NCBI RefSeq assembly: GCF_009914755.1 | Contig: NC_060935.1 | Strand: one strand, 5' to 3' | Length of the DNA stretch: 64,000 bases | Source: the human T2T-CHM13v2.0 reference genome, Homo sapiens | Shown: piece after piece, positions 1-19,775 of the stretch | Position numbering within the stretch: position 1 is the stretch's first letter | How the letters are laid out: every line of letters starts with the position of its first letter | The notes under the pieces: model-generated | The model's input: only the letters and a program-made list of their open reading frames with translations | The model's database searches: none | What the model was told of the DNA's origin: nothing | Position numbers and translations under genes: made by a program

Positions 1-3000
1 AAAGACAAAGAAAGGCATTACATAATGGTAAAGGGATCCATGCAACAAGAAGAGTTAACTATCTAAATATATACGCACCCAATACAGGAGCACCCAGATT
101 CATAAAACAAGTCCTTAGTTACCTACAAAGGGACTTAAACTCCCACACAATAATAGCGGGAGACTTTAACACCCCACTGTCAATATTAGACAGATCAATG
201 AGACAGAAAATAAACAAGGATATTCAGGACTTGAACTCAGCTCTGGACCAAGTGGACCTAATAGACATCTACAGAACTCTCCACCCCAAATCAACAGAAT
301 ATACATTATTCTCAGGGCCACATAGCACTTATTCTAAAATTGACCACATAATTGGAAGTAAAGCATTCCTCAGCAAATGCAAAAGAAAGGAAATCATAAC
401 AGTCTCTCAGACCACAGTGCAATCAAATTAGAACTCGGGATTAAGAAACTCACTCGAAACCGCACAACTACATGCAAATTGAACAACTTGCTCCTGAATG
501 ACTGCTGCGTAAATAACAAAATTAAGGCAGAAATAAAGAAGTTCTTTGAAACCAATGAGAACAAACAGAAAATGTACCAGAATCTCTGAGACACAGCTAA
601 AGTAATGTTAAGAGGAAAATATATAGCACTAAATGCCACATCAGAAAGTGGGAAATGTCTAAAATCGATGCCCTAACATCACAATTAAAAAAACTAGAGA
701 AGCAAGAGCAAACACATTCAAAAGCTAGCAGAAGACAAGAAATAACTAAGATCACAGCAGAACTGAAAAAGGTAAAGACATGAAAATCCCTTCAAAAAAA
801 TCAATGAAACCTGGAGCTGGGTTTTTGAAAAGATTAACAAAATAGATACACTGCTAGCTAGACTGATAAAGAAGAATAGAGAGAAGAATCAAATAGACAA
901 TAAAAAATGATAAAGGGGATATCACCACTGATCCCACAGGAATACAAACTACCATCAGAGAATACTATAAACACCTCTATGCAAATAAACTAGAAAATCT
1001 AGAAGAAATGGATAAATTCCTGGACACATATACCCTCCCAAGACTAAACCAGGAAGAAGTCAAATGCCTGAATAGACCAATAACAAGTTCTGAAATTAAG
1101 GCAGTAATTAATAGCCTACCAAACAAAAAAAGCACAGGAACAGATGGATTCACAGTTGAATTCTACCAGAGGTACAAAGAGGAGCTGATACCATTCCTTC
1201 TGAAACTATTACAAACAATTGAAAAGGAGGGACTCCACCCTAACTCATGTTATGAGGCCAGCATCATCCTGATAACAAAACCTGGCAGAGACACAACAAA
1301 AAAAAGAAACTTTGAGGCCAATGTTTCTGATGAACATTGATGCAAAAATCCTCAATAAAATACTGACAAACCAAATCCAGCAGCACATCATAAAGCTTAT
1401 CCACCATGATCAAGTTGGCATCAACCTTAGGATGCAAGGCTGGGTTCAACTTACACAAATCAATAAATGTCATCCACCACATAAACAGAACCAATGACAA
1501 AAACCACATGATTATCTCAATAGGTGCATAAAAGGCCTTTGATAAAATTCAACATCCTTTCATGCTAAAAACCGTCAATAAACTAGGTATTTATGGAACA
1601 TATCTCAAAATAATAAGAGCTATTTATGACAAACCCATAGCCAATATCATACTGAATGGGCAAAAACTGGAAGCATTCCCTTTGAAAACCAGGACAAGCA
1701 AGGATGCCCTCTTTCACCACTCCTATTTAACATAGTATTGGAAGTTCTGGCCATGGCAATCATGCAAGAGAAAGAAATAAAGCATATTCAAATAGGAAGA
1801 TAGGAGGTCAAATTGTCTTTGTTTGCAGATGACATGACTGTATATTTAGAAAACCCCATCATCTCAGCCCAAAAACTCTTTAAGCTGATAAGCAACCTCA
1901 GCAAAGTCTCAGGATACCAAATCAGTGTGCAAAAGTCACAAACATTCCTTTACATCAAAAATAGACAAGCAGAGAGTCAAATCATGAGTGAACTCCCATT
2001 CACAATTGCTACAAAGAGAACAAAATTCCTAGGAATACAACTTACATGGGAAGTTAAGAACCTCTTCAAGGAGAACTACAAACCACTGCTCAAGAGAATA
2101 AGAGAGGACACAAACAAATGGAAAAATATCCCATGCTCATGGATAGCAAGAATCAATGTTGTGAAAATGGCCATACTGTCCTAAGTAATTTATAGATTCC
2201 ATGCTATTCCTATCAAGCTACCATTGACTTTCTTGGCAAAATTAGAAAAAACTACTTTAAATTTCAGATGAAACCAAAAAAGACCCCGTATAGCCAAGAC
2301 AATCCTAAGCAAAAAGAACAAAGATGGAGGCATCATGCTACCTGACTTCAAACTATACTACAGGGCTACAGTAACCAAAACAGCATGGTACTGCTACCAA
2401 AACAGATATATAGACCAATGGAACAGAACAGAGACTTCAGAAATAACACCACACATCTACAACCATCTGATCTTTGACAAACCTGACAAAAACAAGCAAT
2501 GGGGAAAGGATTCTCTATTTAATAAATGGTGCTGGGAAAATTGGCTAACCACATGCAGAAAACAGAAACTGGACCCCTTCCTTGCATCTTATACAAAAAT
2601 TAACTCAAGATGGATTAAAGACTTAAATGTAAAACCCAAAACCATAAAATCTCTGGAAGAAAACCTAGGCAATACCATTCAGTATACAGGCATGGACAAA
2701 GACTTCATGACTAAAACACTGAAAGCAATTGTAACAAAAGCCAATATTGACAAATGAGATCTAATCAAACTAAAAAGCTTATGCACAGTAAAAGAAACTA
2801 TCATCAGAGTGAACAGGCAACCTACAGAATAGGAGAAAATTTTTGAAATCTATCCATCTGACAAAAGTCTAACATCCAGAATCTACTAGAAACTTAAAGA
2901 AATTTACAAGAAAAAAACAAACAACCCCATCAAAAAGTGGTTGAAGGGTATGAACAGACACTTCTCAAAAGAAGACATTTATATGGCCAATAAACATGAA

Positions 3001-3778
3001 AAAAAGCTCATCATAACTGGTCATTAGAGAAATGCAAATCAAAACCACAATACCATCTCATGCCAGTTAGAATGGCGATTATTAAAAATTCAGGAAACAA
3101 CAGATGCTGGTGAGGCTGTGGAGAAATAGGAATGATTTTACACTGTTGGTGGGAGTGTAAATTAGTTCAACTATTGTAGAAGACAGTGTGGCAATTCCCC
3201 AAGGATCTAGAACCAGAAATAACATTTGACCCAGCAATCCAATGACTGGTTATATACCCAAAGGATTATTAATCATTCTACCATAAAGACATATGCACAC
3301 GTATGTTTATTGCAGCACTATTTACAATAGCAAAGACTTGAAACTAACCCAAATGCCCATCAATGATAGACTGGATAAAGAAAATGTGGCACATATACAC
3401 CATGGAATACTATGCAGCCATAAAAAAGAATGAGTTCATGTCCTTTGCAGGTACATGGATGAAGCTGGAAGCCATCATTTTTAGCAGACTAACACAGGAA
3501 CAGAAAACCAAACACTGCATGTTCTCACTCGTAAGTGGGAGTTGAACAATGAGAACACATGGACACAGGGAGGGGAACATCACACACCGGGGCCTGTCGG
3601 GGGGTGTGGGCCAAGGGGAGGGAGAGTATTAGGACAGATACCTAATGAATGCAGGGCTTAAAACTTAGATGACGGTTGATAGGTGCAGCAAACCACCATG
3701 GCACATGTATACCTATGTAACAAACCTGCACGTTCTGCACATGTATCCCAGAACTTAAAGTAAAATAAAATAAAATAA
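1..3778 (+). mobile_element. LINE-1 (L1PA7/8-like), ORF2 from the endonuclease domain to the 3'UTR and A-rich tail; 5' part lies outside the window; inactive
   Basis: ORF fragments 198-431, 1008-1340, 1813-2184 (LFADDM RT motif), 2335-2757 and 3363-3545 match L1 ORF2p. Typical 3'UTR (G-rich tract, cacatgtatcccagaacttaaagt) and A-rich tail near 3760-3778. Many stops and frameshifts. Confidence 0.95.
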
Positions 3779-4149
3779 GAAGATTTTTGAAGTCTGTTAC
3801 TCATATAAGTAGAAATTACCTACAAGATATTAGCAAATAAAATGCAGCAAGATATCAAAAATAACTCATGAGCAGCTATTTTTAATAGAAGAATTAAGTA
3901 ATGTTCAGTATAACAAACTATCAATATAATTAATTACATTAATACATTTACACATAGCATGTCATAACGTGAATAGTTGTTGAAAATACATTTTATAAAT
4001 ATTTCTAATAAAAGTTTAAGTAAATTATAAGTAAATGTGAATAGAATAAAGCTATTTTAATATGAAACTGTGTTACCAAAATCCAACAGCATAAGTTTTT
4101 TAAAAATTTTTATTTTTTTGTGGTAAGAACACTTAACATGAAATCTACA

Positions 4150-10293
<6,144 letters not shown>

Positions 10294-10690
10294 ATCAGGT
10301 TGTATTCTTATTGCTAATTTTTAAGACTTCTTTGTATATTTTGGATAACAATTCTTTATCAGATGTCTTTTGCAAATACATTCTCCCAGTCCATGGCTCA
10401 CCTTTTCATTCTCTTGACAATGTATCTTGCAGAGCCAAAATTTTTAATTTTAATGAAATCCAATTTATCAATTATTCTTTAATGTATTGAGCCTTTGGTC
10501 TTTTATATAAAAAGTCATTTTATGTAGCCAAACCCTATGTCATCTAAATTTTCTTCTATGTTATCTTCCAATATTTTATAGTATTTCATTTTATATTTAG
10601 GTCTATGATCCATTTTGAGTTAATTAGGAAGAGTGTAAGGTTTGTGTCTATTTATTTATTTATTTTGCATATGGTTGTAGAGTTATATTC
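10294..10690 (-). mobile_element. Old L1M fragment (end of ORF2 region)
   Basis: ttctttgtatattttggataac...tttatcagatgtcttttgcaaat resembles antisense L1MB/MC sequence. Confidence 0.75.
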
Positions 10691-12302
10691 TACTTTTGAC
10701 AATGCACTCAGAGTCCTTTTTAAAGTAAGCAAAAACCTATTATTCTAAAAATATCTCAAAGTGAAAATCAGTCCTAGATGATGGAAAGGCAAGGATTTAA
10801 ATCTAGGCCCTCATAACTGAGTCTCAGTTTTATTCTCTTTTTCCATGCTCTGTGAATTGATTCTCTTCACATATGACTAGTTTGTTATTTAATGTATTTA
10901 GTGCTTGTGCTGCTTTTGTTATCTCAGTAGACTTTTATAGTGTTTGGTAGTTTTTCTTTTATTCCTTGGCCCTGGAGATCAAGAAAGTCATGTTAAATGT
11001 CTGTACTGTGTCCAATATTTCTTGACAGGCCTGTACCTGAGCCATGTAGTCTTCACATCTCAACTCTTTTTTTAATTTTGAGGTTAGTTCTGACCTAGTG
11101 TGGGTGCTCTCAGAAGTCACTCTCTGTCACAGTCCTGCATCCACAAAGGACTTTTTGCACCTAAGGAAGTGTTAATCTTCCTGAGGGGCTGATTGGGGGA
11201 AAGAAAGGAATGCTCTGTGACATTAGGTGTGGGTGGCATTTTTCAGTACAAGTTACCTAGTTACCCTCACGTGAGTGATCAGCACAGGAAATGGAGTGCT
11301 TCAGGAGGCTGGGAGAAAGGAGTCCATGGTTTCAGTGTTGGAGAATAGATGTGGATAAAGAAATCAGAGAATGCCAGCACATCCCAAAGACACTGGAGTG
11401 GCACTACTGTGCAAAATATCTTACCTATCCCTAGGTCAATAAGTCTTCATTCTTCTAGCAAAACGAGAAAGAGCTAGGATGGAGACATATCCTCAAGTCT
11501 GATAGTGAATATGAGTTGTGGGGCAGAGGAACTAGAAAGTCTGATCCCAGAGAATAAAGGCATCAACAGCAAGATAATTAAAGTAGGGAACTGCTTTGGT
11601 GGCTCAAAGGGCCATTTTATATCGTAGCTGCTATCACCTCTGGAGGATTTAACCTTCTCTTAATATCCCATCTTCTATTCTTTAAATTTGACCATTTTTA
11701 AGATGTAACTCACCCCCACATTGTTGAGAAAATCCCCCTTGGATTTCCCTGTTTGTACTGGAGTCTCTGGTGAACACAGCTTGACTCTGCGGTGATCTCA
11801 TCTTGATTTATCTATAATCTTTCCCCACTCTCTGGTTAAGTGGAAAATTGCTTTAGTGGAGAGAATATTTCTTTCATATCTCATGTTCAACTCCAGGCAT
11901 AACTTGCCCCAGTAAGCTAGGCACTTAGTGTGCTGTCCACAAAAATCTGTTAACTTGAGAGTACCGTTCTTGTCACCTGTAGTTGTGGCAGCCTAGAGCA
12001 ATGTCCTAGGGCAGGCAGGGGGGAAATAATGGGTAATGGAGGAGGGATTTGAAGTGTTGCAGTGAGTGGAAAGTTTAGATTTGTTCTTTTCCCTTCCTCT
12101 CCTGTCCCTACTGGTCAATATCCTTGGCTGAGTGCATTAGAAAGTGGCTGGAAGGCTGATCTTAGCAGACAATGCTCTACCACTAAGCAGCTCCAGTGCT
12201 ACATGCTCTCTTACAGAATCAGCTTCAAGAATCAACTGAGGCAGAATGGAAAAACTACTGAAGCTGGGTCTCTTTCTGTTCTGCATAAAAATTGGTATAT
12301 CT

Positions 12303-12594
<292 letters not shown>

Positions 12595-13235
12595 GTAAAT
12601 CTTTGAGAGATGGTTTGGCAATGGTTAACTTATCGGCCTAGGCTTAACCTTGGCATATATTTAAGCAGAGCCTATCTTTCCCCCATTCCCTTGGATTCTG
12701 TGAGCTCTAACTGTTCTCTGAGGAATGAAGTCCAGTTCCACACACAGAAGTCTGCAGCCCTGGTCATCTTGTTTCTTAAATCCTCTTACTCCGCTTGGGT
12801 CCTTCCCTAGCCCTTGGCCTTTACTAGAGATCCAATTTGATCTCTAAGCTTTATGTACCCCCCTAAATGATGGTTATTGTAGAGTGAGGTTTCAGGGGCT
12901 CCTGGTCAGCCAGAACTGTCCACCTCAGTCACACCCCTGAGGCTTCAGCCCAGGCTTTGATATCCATAGAAATGCCCTCAGCTCTCCATTTTATATGTAA
13001 TTCCTGCAGCAAGCAAGAAAATGTAAGTTGAAGGAGTGTTGAGTCTCCCTGCCTGCCAGGAAAGAATTAAGTGTCTCCCCAGTTCCTCCTGCTCAGGCTG
13101 AGGTTCTAAGATGTATTAATGCCTGGAACCAGGCCCAAGGGCAGAACATTGATAGAGTTCCCAAGAGATCTCTGCTGTCTTTGGGAAGCAGCAGTGATGC
13201 TTCCCTTCTCTACTCAACAGTTTTTCTTCTTGCAG

Positions 13236-13361
13236 CATTAGCTATATGGCTCAGTGAATGTGAATTCTACAGCAACGGGAATTGTTGGAGTAAGATGCAA
13301 ACATGCGAAGTTCCTAATGGTTTCTGTGTGTCTATTAAAATATATTCTTTTTTAAGTCATG
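13236..13361 (+). pseudogene. PATE/Ly6-uPAR-like pseudogene, exon for the N-half of the three-finger domain
   Basis: Pyrimidine tract plus tgcag acceptor (ends 13235) and G|gtaagt donor (13362) define a 126-nt phase 1-1 exon, comparable to PATE1 exon 4 (123 nt). It translates (A)LAIWLSECEFYSNGNCWSKMQTCEVPNGFCVSIKIYSFLSH(G): C-x7-C-x6-C-x6-C, with Leu (CTC) at the expected Cys1 position. Confidence 0.78.
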
Positions 13362-14240
13362 GTAAGTGTATTCTGTGATCAGGGGCTTCTGGTGGAGTAT
13401 TGTGGAAGTTTTCTTTTTCAGGGGTCAAACCACCTTCCTTTAAGACAGAATACTGGATGCAGGGAGTGAATCTAGATCAGAAAGAAGGTTCTGAGCCTTG
13501 GATGGTGTCATCCTATTTTTGGGAACTCTAAAGTTGAGTCAAGGGTAGTGGGGTACTAGTGTACTGGGACTATTCCTCACCATTGTACTGATCTCATCAT
13601 GAGTCACCTGAGCCCTACCCTCGGTGTTATTCCGGGCCTAAAGGCGCTTAAATCTTAGCGTCTTTACATATGCTGTTTTTTCACAATGCGTCCTGGTGGC
13701 AACTGCTCCACTTGTATAATGCTGACTAAACTTCTGTCTCAGCTTAGAGTCACCCGCCCTCAAAGCTTCCTTTGACCCTTCTCCTTATCCACATGACCCT
13801 CTCTCCCTGCGCTCCCACAGGCTTGCTGCTATGTCCATCCCATAGCATCTACCATGGTGTGTTCTAATTGCCATCATTCCCTAATACCTGCTGCTTGAGA
13901 GCAGGAACTTGATGTTGCTCACCACCCTACACCGGTACTCTTTACTGCTGAGCCTGGAACTCAGGTTTTCAGCCTGTGTTTTGTGCCTGTCTGGCTGAGA
14001 GGGAGGGGCTGCTGTGCTGTCCATCTCTAGAACCGCATCTCACTTCCAAGTGTGTAATTTCCCAGCATTAGAGAGTCCTGGGAGAAGCAGCCCTGATAGG
14101 ATGTGGCTTCTTCAGGGTAGCAGGGCTGCTTTATGGCATTGTGTCTTCTATGGAAGTCCCCTGTCCTTTAAAATATTCATAGCTCATTGCAGACTTGGTT
14201 TTGGGGGAAACAAACCTGTTTCTGCTTTTCTCTTCCACAG

Positions 14241-14364
14241 GGAATATTCCGATGGGGATGGAGACTATGTGATGAGCTGTTGCCGTAATGATGAGACTCT
14301 GACTAAAGGCATAATACGGTGGATAACCTGTTGTAAAACACAGGATTTCTGCAATTCCTTCTCA
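14241..14364 (+). pseudogene. PATE/Ly6-uPAR-like pseudogene, terminal exon
   Basis: Acceptor ttttctcttccacag|gg is nearly identical to that of PATE1 exon 5. It reads GIFRWGWRLCDEL, then one extra base (14280), then CRNDETLTKGIIRWITCCKTQDFCNSF. This is the LU signature C-x3-C-x15-CC-x5-CN. Spliced in phase 1 it reaches TGA at 14270-14272. Confidence 0.82.
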
Positions 14365-14737
14365 AAGCCATTAACAATTACACAGTGTGAGACTGGAGTC
14401 AAATTGTCTTGCCACCTCCTCCTTTTCCCCAGGATTATCCCTGTTCTCCTCTTCAAGGTCTGTATTTATCCTGGACTAAAGCGTTCCTCAAGCATCACCT
14501 GGGGAAGTCAGTTCCCTTGACTTTGTCTGGCACACATCCCACACAACACATTTCCTTAAGCCTGTTCCCAACCGCCACCTCCAATAGTATGCATAGAACT
14601 GCTTCTGGGTTTCACAAATACCTTTGTGATGCAGAAGCAAGATGATAGCACAGACAAATGAACAAGGATGTTGTAGACACTTTGAGAAAAGAAGAGAGAA
14701 TTGAACCAAGGTGAAAGCGAGACATTTTTGGTAAGCT

Positions 14738-15345
14738 TTGTTGAGATACGATTTGTACATCGTATAATTCACCCATTTAAAATGTACAATTCAGTGGTTT
14801 GTAGTATATTCACAGAGTTATGTAACTATCACCACAATCAATTTTAGAACATTTTCTCGCCCCAGTGAAAACCTGTATTCATCAGCAGTCAGACCCCATT
14901 TTCCTCCAAACTCTCTAGCCCTAGGAACTCACTAATTTACTTTCTGTTTCTATAGATTTACCTGTTCTGGACTCCTTATATGAATGGAATCATGCAATAC
15001 GTGATCTTTTATAACTTGCTTCTTGTACTAAGAAAAATGTTTTCAAGTTTCACCCATGTTGGTATTAGTTCCTTTTTATGGCCAAATAATATTCCATTGT
15101 ATTTTATCTATGAATTGATCCATTGATAGTGATTTGGGTTATATTCAGTTTGGGGCTATAATGAATAATTCTCCTATGAACATTTTCGTAATAGTGTTTG
15201 TGTGGACATGTTTTTTTTCCCTCTCTCTCTTCAGTAAATACCTAGCAGTGGAATTGCAGAGTGATACAGAGATTGTATGTTTAACATTTTGGGGAACTGC
15301 CAAACTATTTCCAAAGTGCCTGTTCCATTTTACATTCTCCCTAAC
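14738..15345 (-). mobile_element. L1MB-like 3' fragment
   Basis: ttgagata...cccatttaaaatgtacaattcagtgg is typical of antisense L1MB 3' ends. ORF 15145-15456 contains KWNRHFGNSLAVPQ, resembling the ORF2 C-terminus. Confidence 0.8.
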
Positions 15346-15784
15346 CAGACCTTTTACTCTAGTAGTTTTTTTCCCTAACTTCCCACTTCCCTTCCTTTCT
15401 ACTTTGCTTTTTAGATTTTTTTTCTTTCTTTCTTCCTTCTCTTCATCCTGCCTCATTATCTCCCTCCCTGGCTTCCTCTCTTCTCTCCTTCTTCTCCTTT
15501 GTCCCCATTTTCTTCTCTTTAATTATCTTCCATATTCTTTTTCACCACCATTGTTCCTTATTCCTACTGAATATGTATTTTAATAAAAATGTTAGAGTAT
15601 CATTGGAGATCTGGAAGTGAGGGTTGGTGAGTAGAGCTGGAGAACTTAGAGGTCCACATTAAAGGGCAAGACCGTTTAATGTGTATTAGGTTGACCCCCA
15701 CTGGGCCTGTGGAGAGGACTCTTGTGTTCATTATAAATATGTGGTCAGTAATAATGGGGCAAGACATCAATTTGGATTCATGTA

Positions 15785-16030
15785 CTATGGTGCAGTAGTT
15801 GAGATCACAGGCTCTGGCTCAGGCTGCCTGCATTTAAGTCCAAAACGAAGCACGCATTTTCTGGGAAAGCTCTGGCAAATTGACCTGACCGTGTGCTTAG
15901 CCTACTTATATATAAAATCAGCTTAATATAAGATACTTACCTTTGGAATGTAATGGGGTTTACATGAGATAATCCATGAGAGTGCTTAGAAGAGTGTCTG
16001 GAACCTACTGTGTGCTCAGTAAGTGCCTGC
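15785..16030 (+). mobile_element. MIR
   Basis: MIR-like core: gtagttgagatcacaggctctgg ... tgagataatccatg ... agtgcttagaagagtgtctgg. Confidence 0.6.
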
Positions 16031-17987
16031 TACAGTTTATTTGTGGGAAAAGAGTAGTGGGAGGTTAAAATAAGATATTGCTGAGGAAGGGATAGGCTGG
16101 ACGAAAAACAGAGAAAAACCATGAGTAAAAATAAACAGTGCTTATCTTAGTATGGATTTTCCTCTATGACAGACAGTGACAAAAGGATTTGAGTGCAAGG
16201 TGGTGATCCTGGGAAACTGAAGCATAAGAAACTAATTGACTTGCCTAACTAAGGTCACACAGCTAGTGAGTGGCAGTGGTTATTTTGGAAAGCAAAAAGC
16301 CTGCCTCCAGAGATCACTGGCTTAAACATTACGCTGTGCTGCCTCTCACTTTGTGGGTGAAGGGGTGAGTTATGCTCATTCATCAATTCCCTCAAGAAGC
16401 TCTGATGTATACCAAGTGCACAGTAGGCCCTCTTGGTCATTCAGAATACAGCAGCAGATAAGACATCACCTCTTTTCTCATGAGCTGTCTCAAGGGAAAG
16501 GGATGGTCTAAAGGGAATGACATACATCAAGAAAGTGGTGCAATCCCACATAAATGGTGCTAGATATGGGCACTTAGGGATGAGGAGCTAAAGGAGCAGC
16601 TCCCTTGAGTAGTCACACTAGATTTCAGAAACTCAGCCATCTTACTGTAATTCACCAAATCATCCAAATAAAGTTACTTAATGTCTACTTTGTGCACGGC
16701 ACTGAGGGGGTGAGTGTTAGTAGCTTCCCCATAGGAAAAATAATAAATCTATATTGCATGCCTTTCTAGAGGAAGGAAGTGGCTACTCTTGCCACCTAGA
16801 AAGGAGGGTTATTCTGAATGCTCAGGTCAGTTGGGGCAGGGGCCAGAAAGAACAGTGATTTAACTGGGTTTTGAAGAAGTCAGAAGCCACAAAGCAAGAA
16901 GGAGTGAAAGAGCATTATAAGCCTAGGAAACAACATGTACCAGGGCAGTAAGGCATATTAAAGCTCACTCACTAGATGGCAGCAGGTGGATAAGAGTCAA
17001 TCAGATAGAAATGGTAGAGGGAGTCCAGAAGATGAGCCTGCTCAGTTAGGTTGGGATAAGGTCCTGAAGGACTTGGCCATGCGCATCCCCTTTCCTCTCC
17101 CTCCTCTTTCTAACAATTTCTTCTCCCAACTCAAGCACAGCTCTGAAGTATTTCTGTCAGTGAATATGGATCTTCAGTGACAGATATTACAATGTTTCTC
17201 TGTAAGACATTTCACCCCTGCACTGGTGTGTGTGTTACACTTGCTTTTGATGCATCACGGTGCTCAACTGTAGCACATGGAACGACACATACATATTGGA
17301 TAACACAATGGGTAATCATTGCCCAGGAATGTGGATGTACAACAAAGAATGGCCCCCTTAAAGCAAAGCCATTTATTCCCTCATAATACCTCTCGATTAT
17401 GAATATTGGTTGGTTAACAGGTCTTTTTTCCTGGAGAAGTGACTGTGACAGTCCCTGTGGAATTTGACTGGACACCTATTGATTGCTTTCATAGGCCCCA
17501 TTTCCATTCACTCTTCCCAAGAGCCCCATATGTTTCCAGGGAGGCTGAGTCCACCTCAGGTTCCACAGGTGGAACAAGAGCTAAGATATAGACAATCAGC
17601 CATCTTCTGGCCAAGAGATTTGTTTAAAGATGACTATGGGACTTAAGCTGATTAATGGAGAAAAATTCCAACATGAAGGTAGTCCCTCTTGGATGATGCT
17701 TTCTGCAGCTGCTGTAGCCATTTCACTACCATTAAAGAATAGAGGTCAGAGGACTGCTCTTTTTCCAGGATGAAAGTGGAGCTGAGAGAGTCACAGCAAA
17801 ATGAAGTCCCAGAGCTCCTGGACTAACCCAGCTCTGAAGTCTTCTATCACTTTGATTTCTAGCATCGTCAGATAAAAAAATCCCCCAAATGTTTAATCCA
17901 GAATATGATGGTTTTCTGTTATGTAAAACCATGGATTCTGTTTGATAAAGAAGTTGACTCAGAACATATTTTAGAAAGCAGATAGTA

Positions 17988-18268
17988 CAGTCCTTTCTCA
18001 GTACTTGGGAGATTGGTTTCAGGATACTGCATGAATACCAAAATCCACAGATGCTCAAGTCACCTACATAACCTATGCACTTCATACTTTAAATCCCCTA
18101 AATTACTTATAATACCTAATGCAATGTAAATGCTATGAAAATAGTTATGATGTTTGGTTTCTTGTTTGTATTATTTTTTATTGTTGTATTGTTATTTTGT
18201 TCTGAATATTTTCCATTTGTAGTTGATTGAATCTGCAACATGACCCTACAGATGCAGAGATTTGACTG
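17988..18268. mobile_element. MER2-like TcMar-Tigger DNA transposon (non-autonomous)
   Basis: Ends CAGTC...GACTG flanked by TA on both sides (17986-17987 and 18269-18270). Internal accaaaatccacagatgctcaagtc motif. Confidence 0.8.
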
Positions 18269-18868
18269 TACGTACCAAGGTAGCTCTTTGAAATTCCAAG
18301 AGGGGTCAATTTGAAAGCACTCTCCTATCTTCTTCTAGGCTTCTTAGATGTTACATTTCATCTTATTGATTTGACTTAACATGCCTGCTTCACAGTATGT
18401 AGACTGTTTTTTTCTTTATGTATATGCTATATGCAGATATCACTAAATTATCAACCTCCTATTTAATGAAGATATAATTTATTAAAATAATATTTTTAAG
18501 AACAAGAATATTTTACCTCTTTAAAATACAATATGGAATAATAGATGTCCTTCTTTGAGAAAGGAACACATGGAATTTGAAAGAATCCCTTTTTCTAAAG
18601 GGAATAATATTTTAGTAAAATGGAAACTAAAGGAAATTACTTGGAATTTACAACACTCTGTTCATTGTTCCTTAGATGCAGGTATAAGATTACACTTCAA
18701 TTTCTGAAAAATGTTAAATAACCTCAAATAGTTATAACCTCAAAATTACATTAGTAATTGTAACTACTTGTAAGTACTTGTAATTACATCATTACAAGTA
18801 AATGAAGACTATTCTTCTATGTTCAGAATAAACTAAATATACAATTGAATTAATATTAAGAATCTTTG

Positions 18869-19222
<354 letters not shown>

Positions 19223-19775
19223 TCACAATAACTGAATAGAACTAACATGTATCTCCATAGTGCTTCAAATTTTTATGGATTTCACAAGTAGCATTTCAGA
19301 AGAGATACCTATTAGTGAGATTATTAATAAATTTTATTTATAAACCTTGGTTCATGTTGTGTTTACATTTTCCCAGGTAACAACATAGGGATAGTAAATT
19401 TTACGTGTTCTTTATTTTAGTTTTGCTGCAACAATCTGAATTTTTTACATGATAAGTACACTGAGCTCATATCTCATGGTTTGCTTTTTGACAAGGTACT
19501 GTTGTCACAGATATAAAATATATGATCACTTTTAGAAGAAAAACCAACAAAACTACATAAATGCCTTTACATTTATTATAAAATATTGGTTTGTAGATTT
19601 TTTTTCTCTAATGTCATTGTCTGGTCTTGACATCAGGGTAATGCTGGCCTTGTAGAATAAGTTAGAAGGTAGATACTTTATTTTACTTTTGAAAGATTTT
19701 GAAAAATTTGTTTCATTTCTTCCTCACATTTTTATTAAAAGACACCCTGAAGCCAGAATTTTTCTTTGTGGAAAC

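Noticed and set aside
11925-11955. TGC TGT ... TGT TAAC (CC..CN-like)
   Set aside because: It needs two frameshifts and is better explained as a degenerate L2 3' tail.
14014-14520. 168-aa ORF as a stand-alone gene
   Set aside because: It starts at GTG in intronic sequence. Only the CRNDET...CCKTQDFCN part is meaningful, and that belongs to the pseudogene's last exon.
15134-15583. Hydrophobic 149-aa ORF resembling a membrane protein
   Set aside because: It is antisense L1M plus a CT-rich low-complexity tract.
17178-17310. Cys-rich frame TDITMFLCKTFHPCTGVCVTLAFDASRC after a cag, ending near gtaatc
   Set aside because: Cys spacing does not fit the PATE pattern, the pyrimidine tract is poor, the donor phase is wrong and no terminal exon follows.
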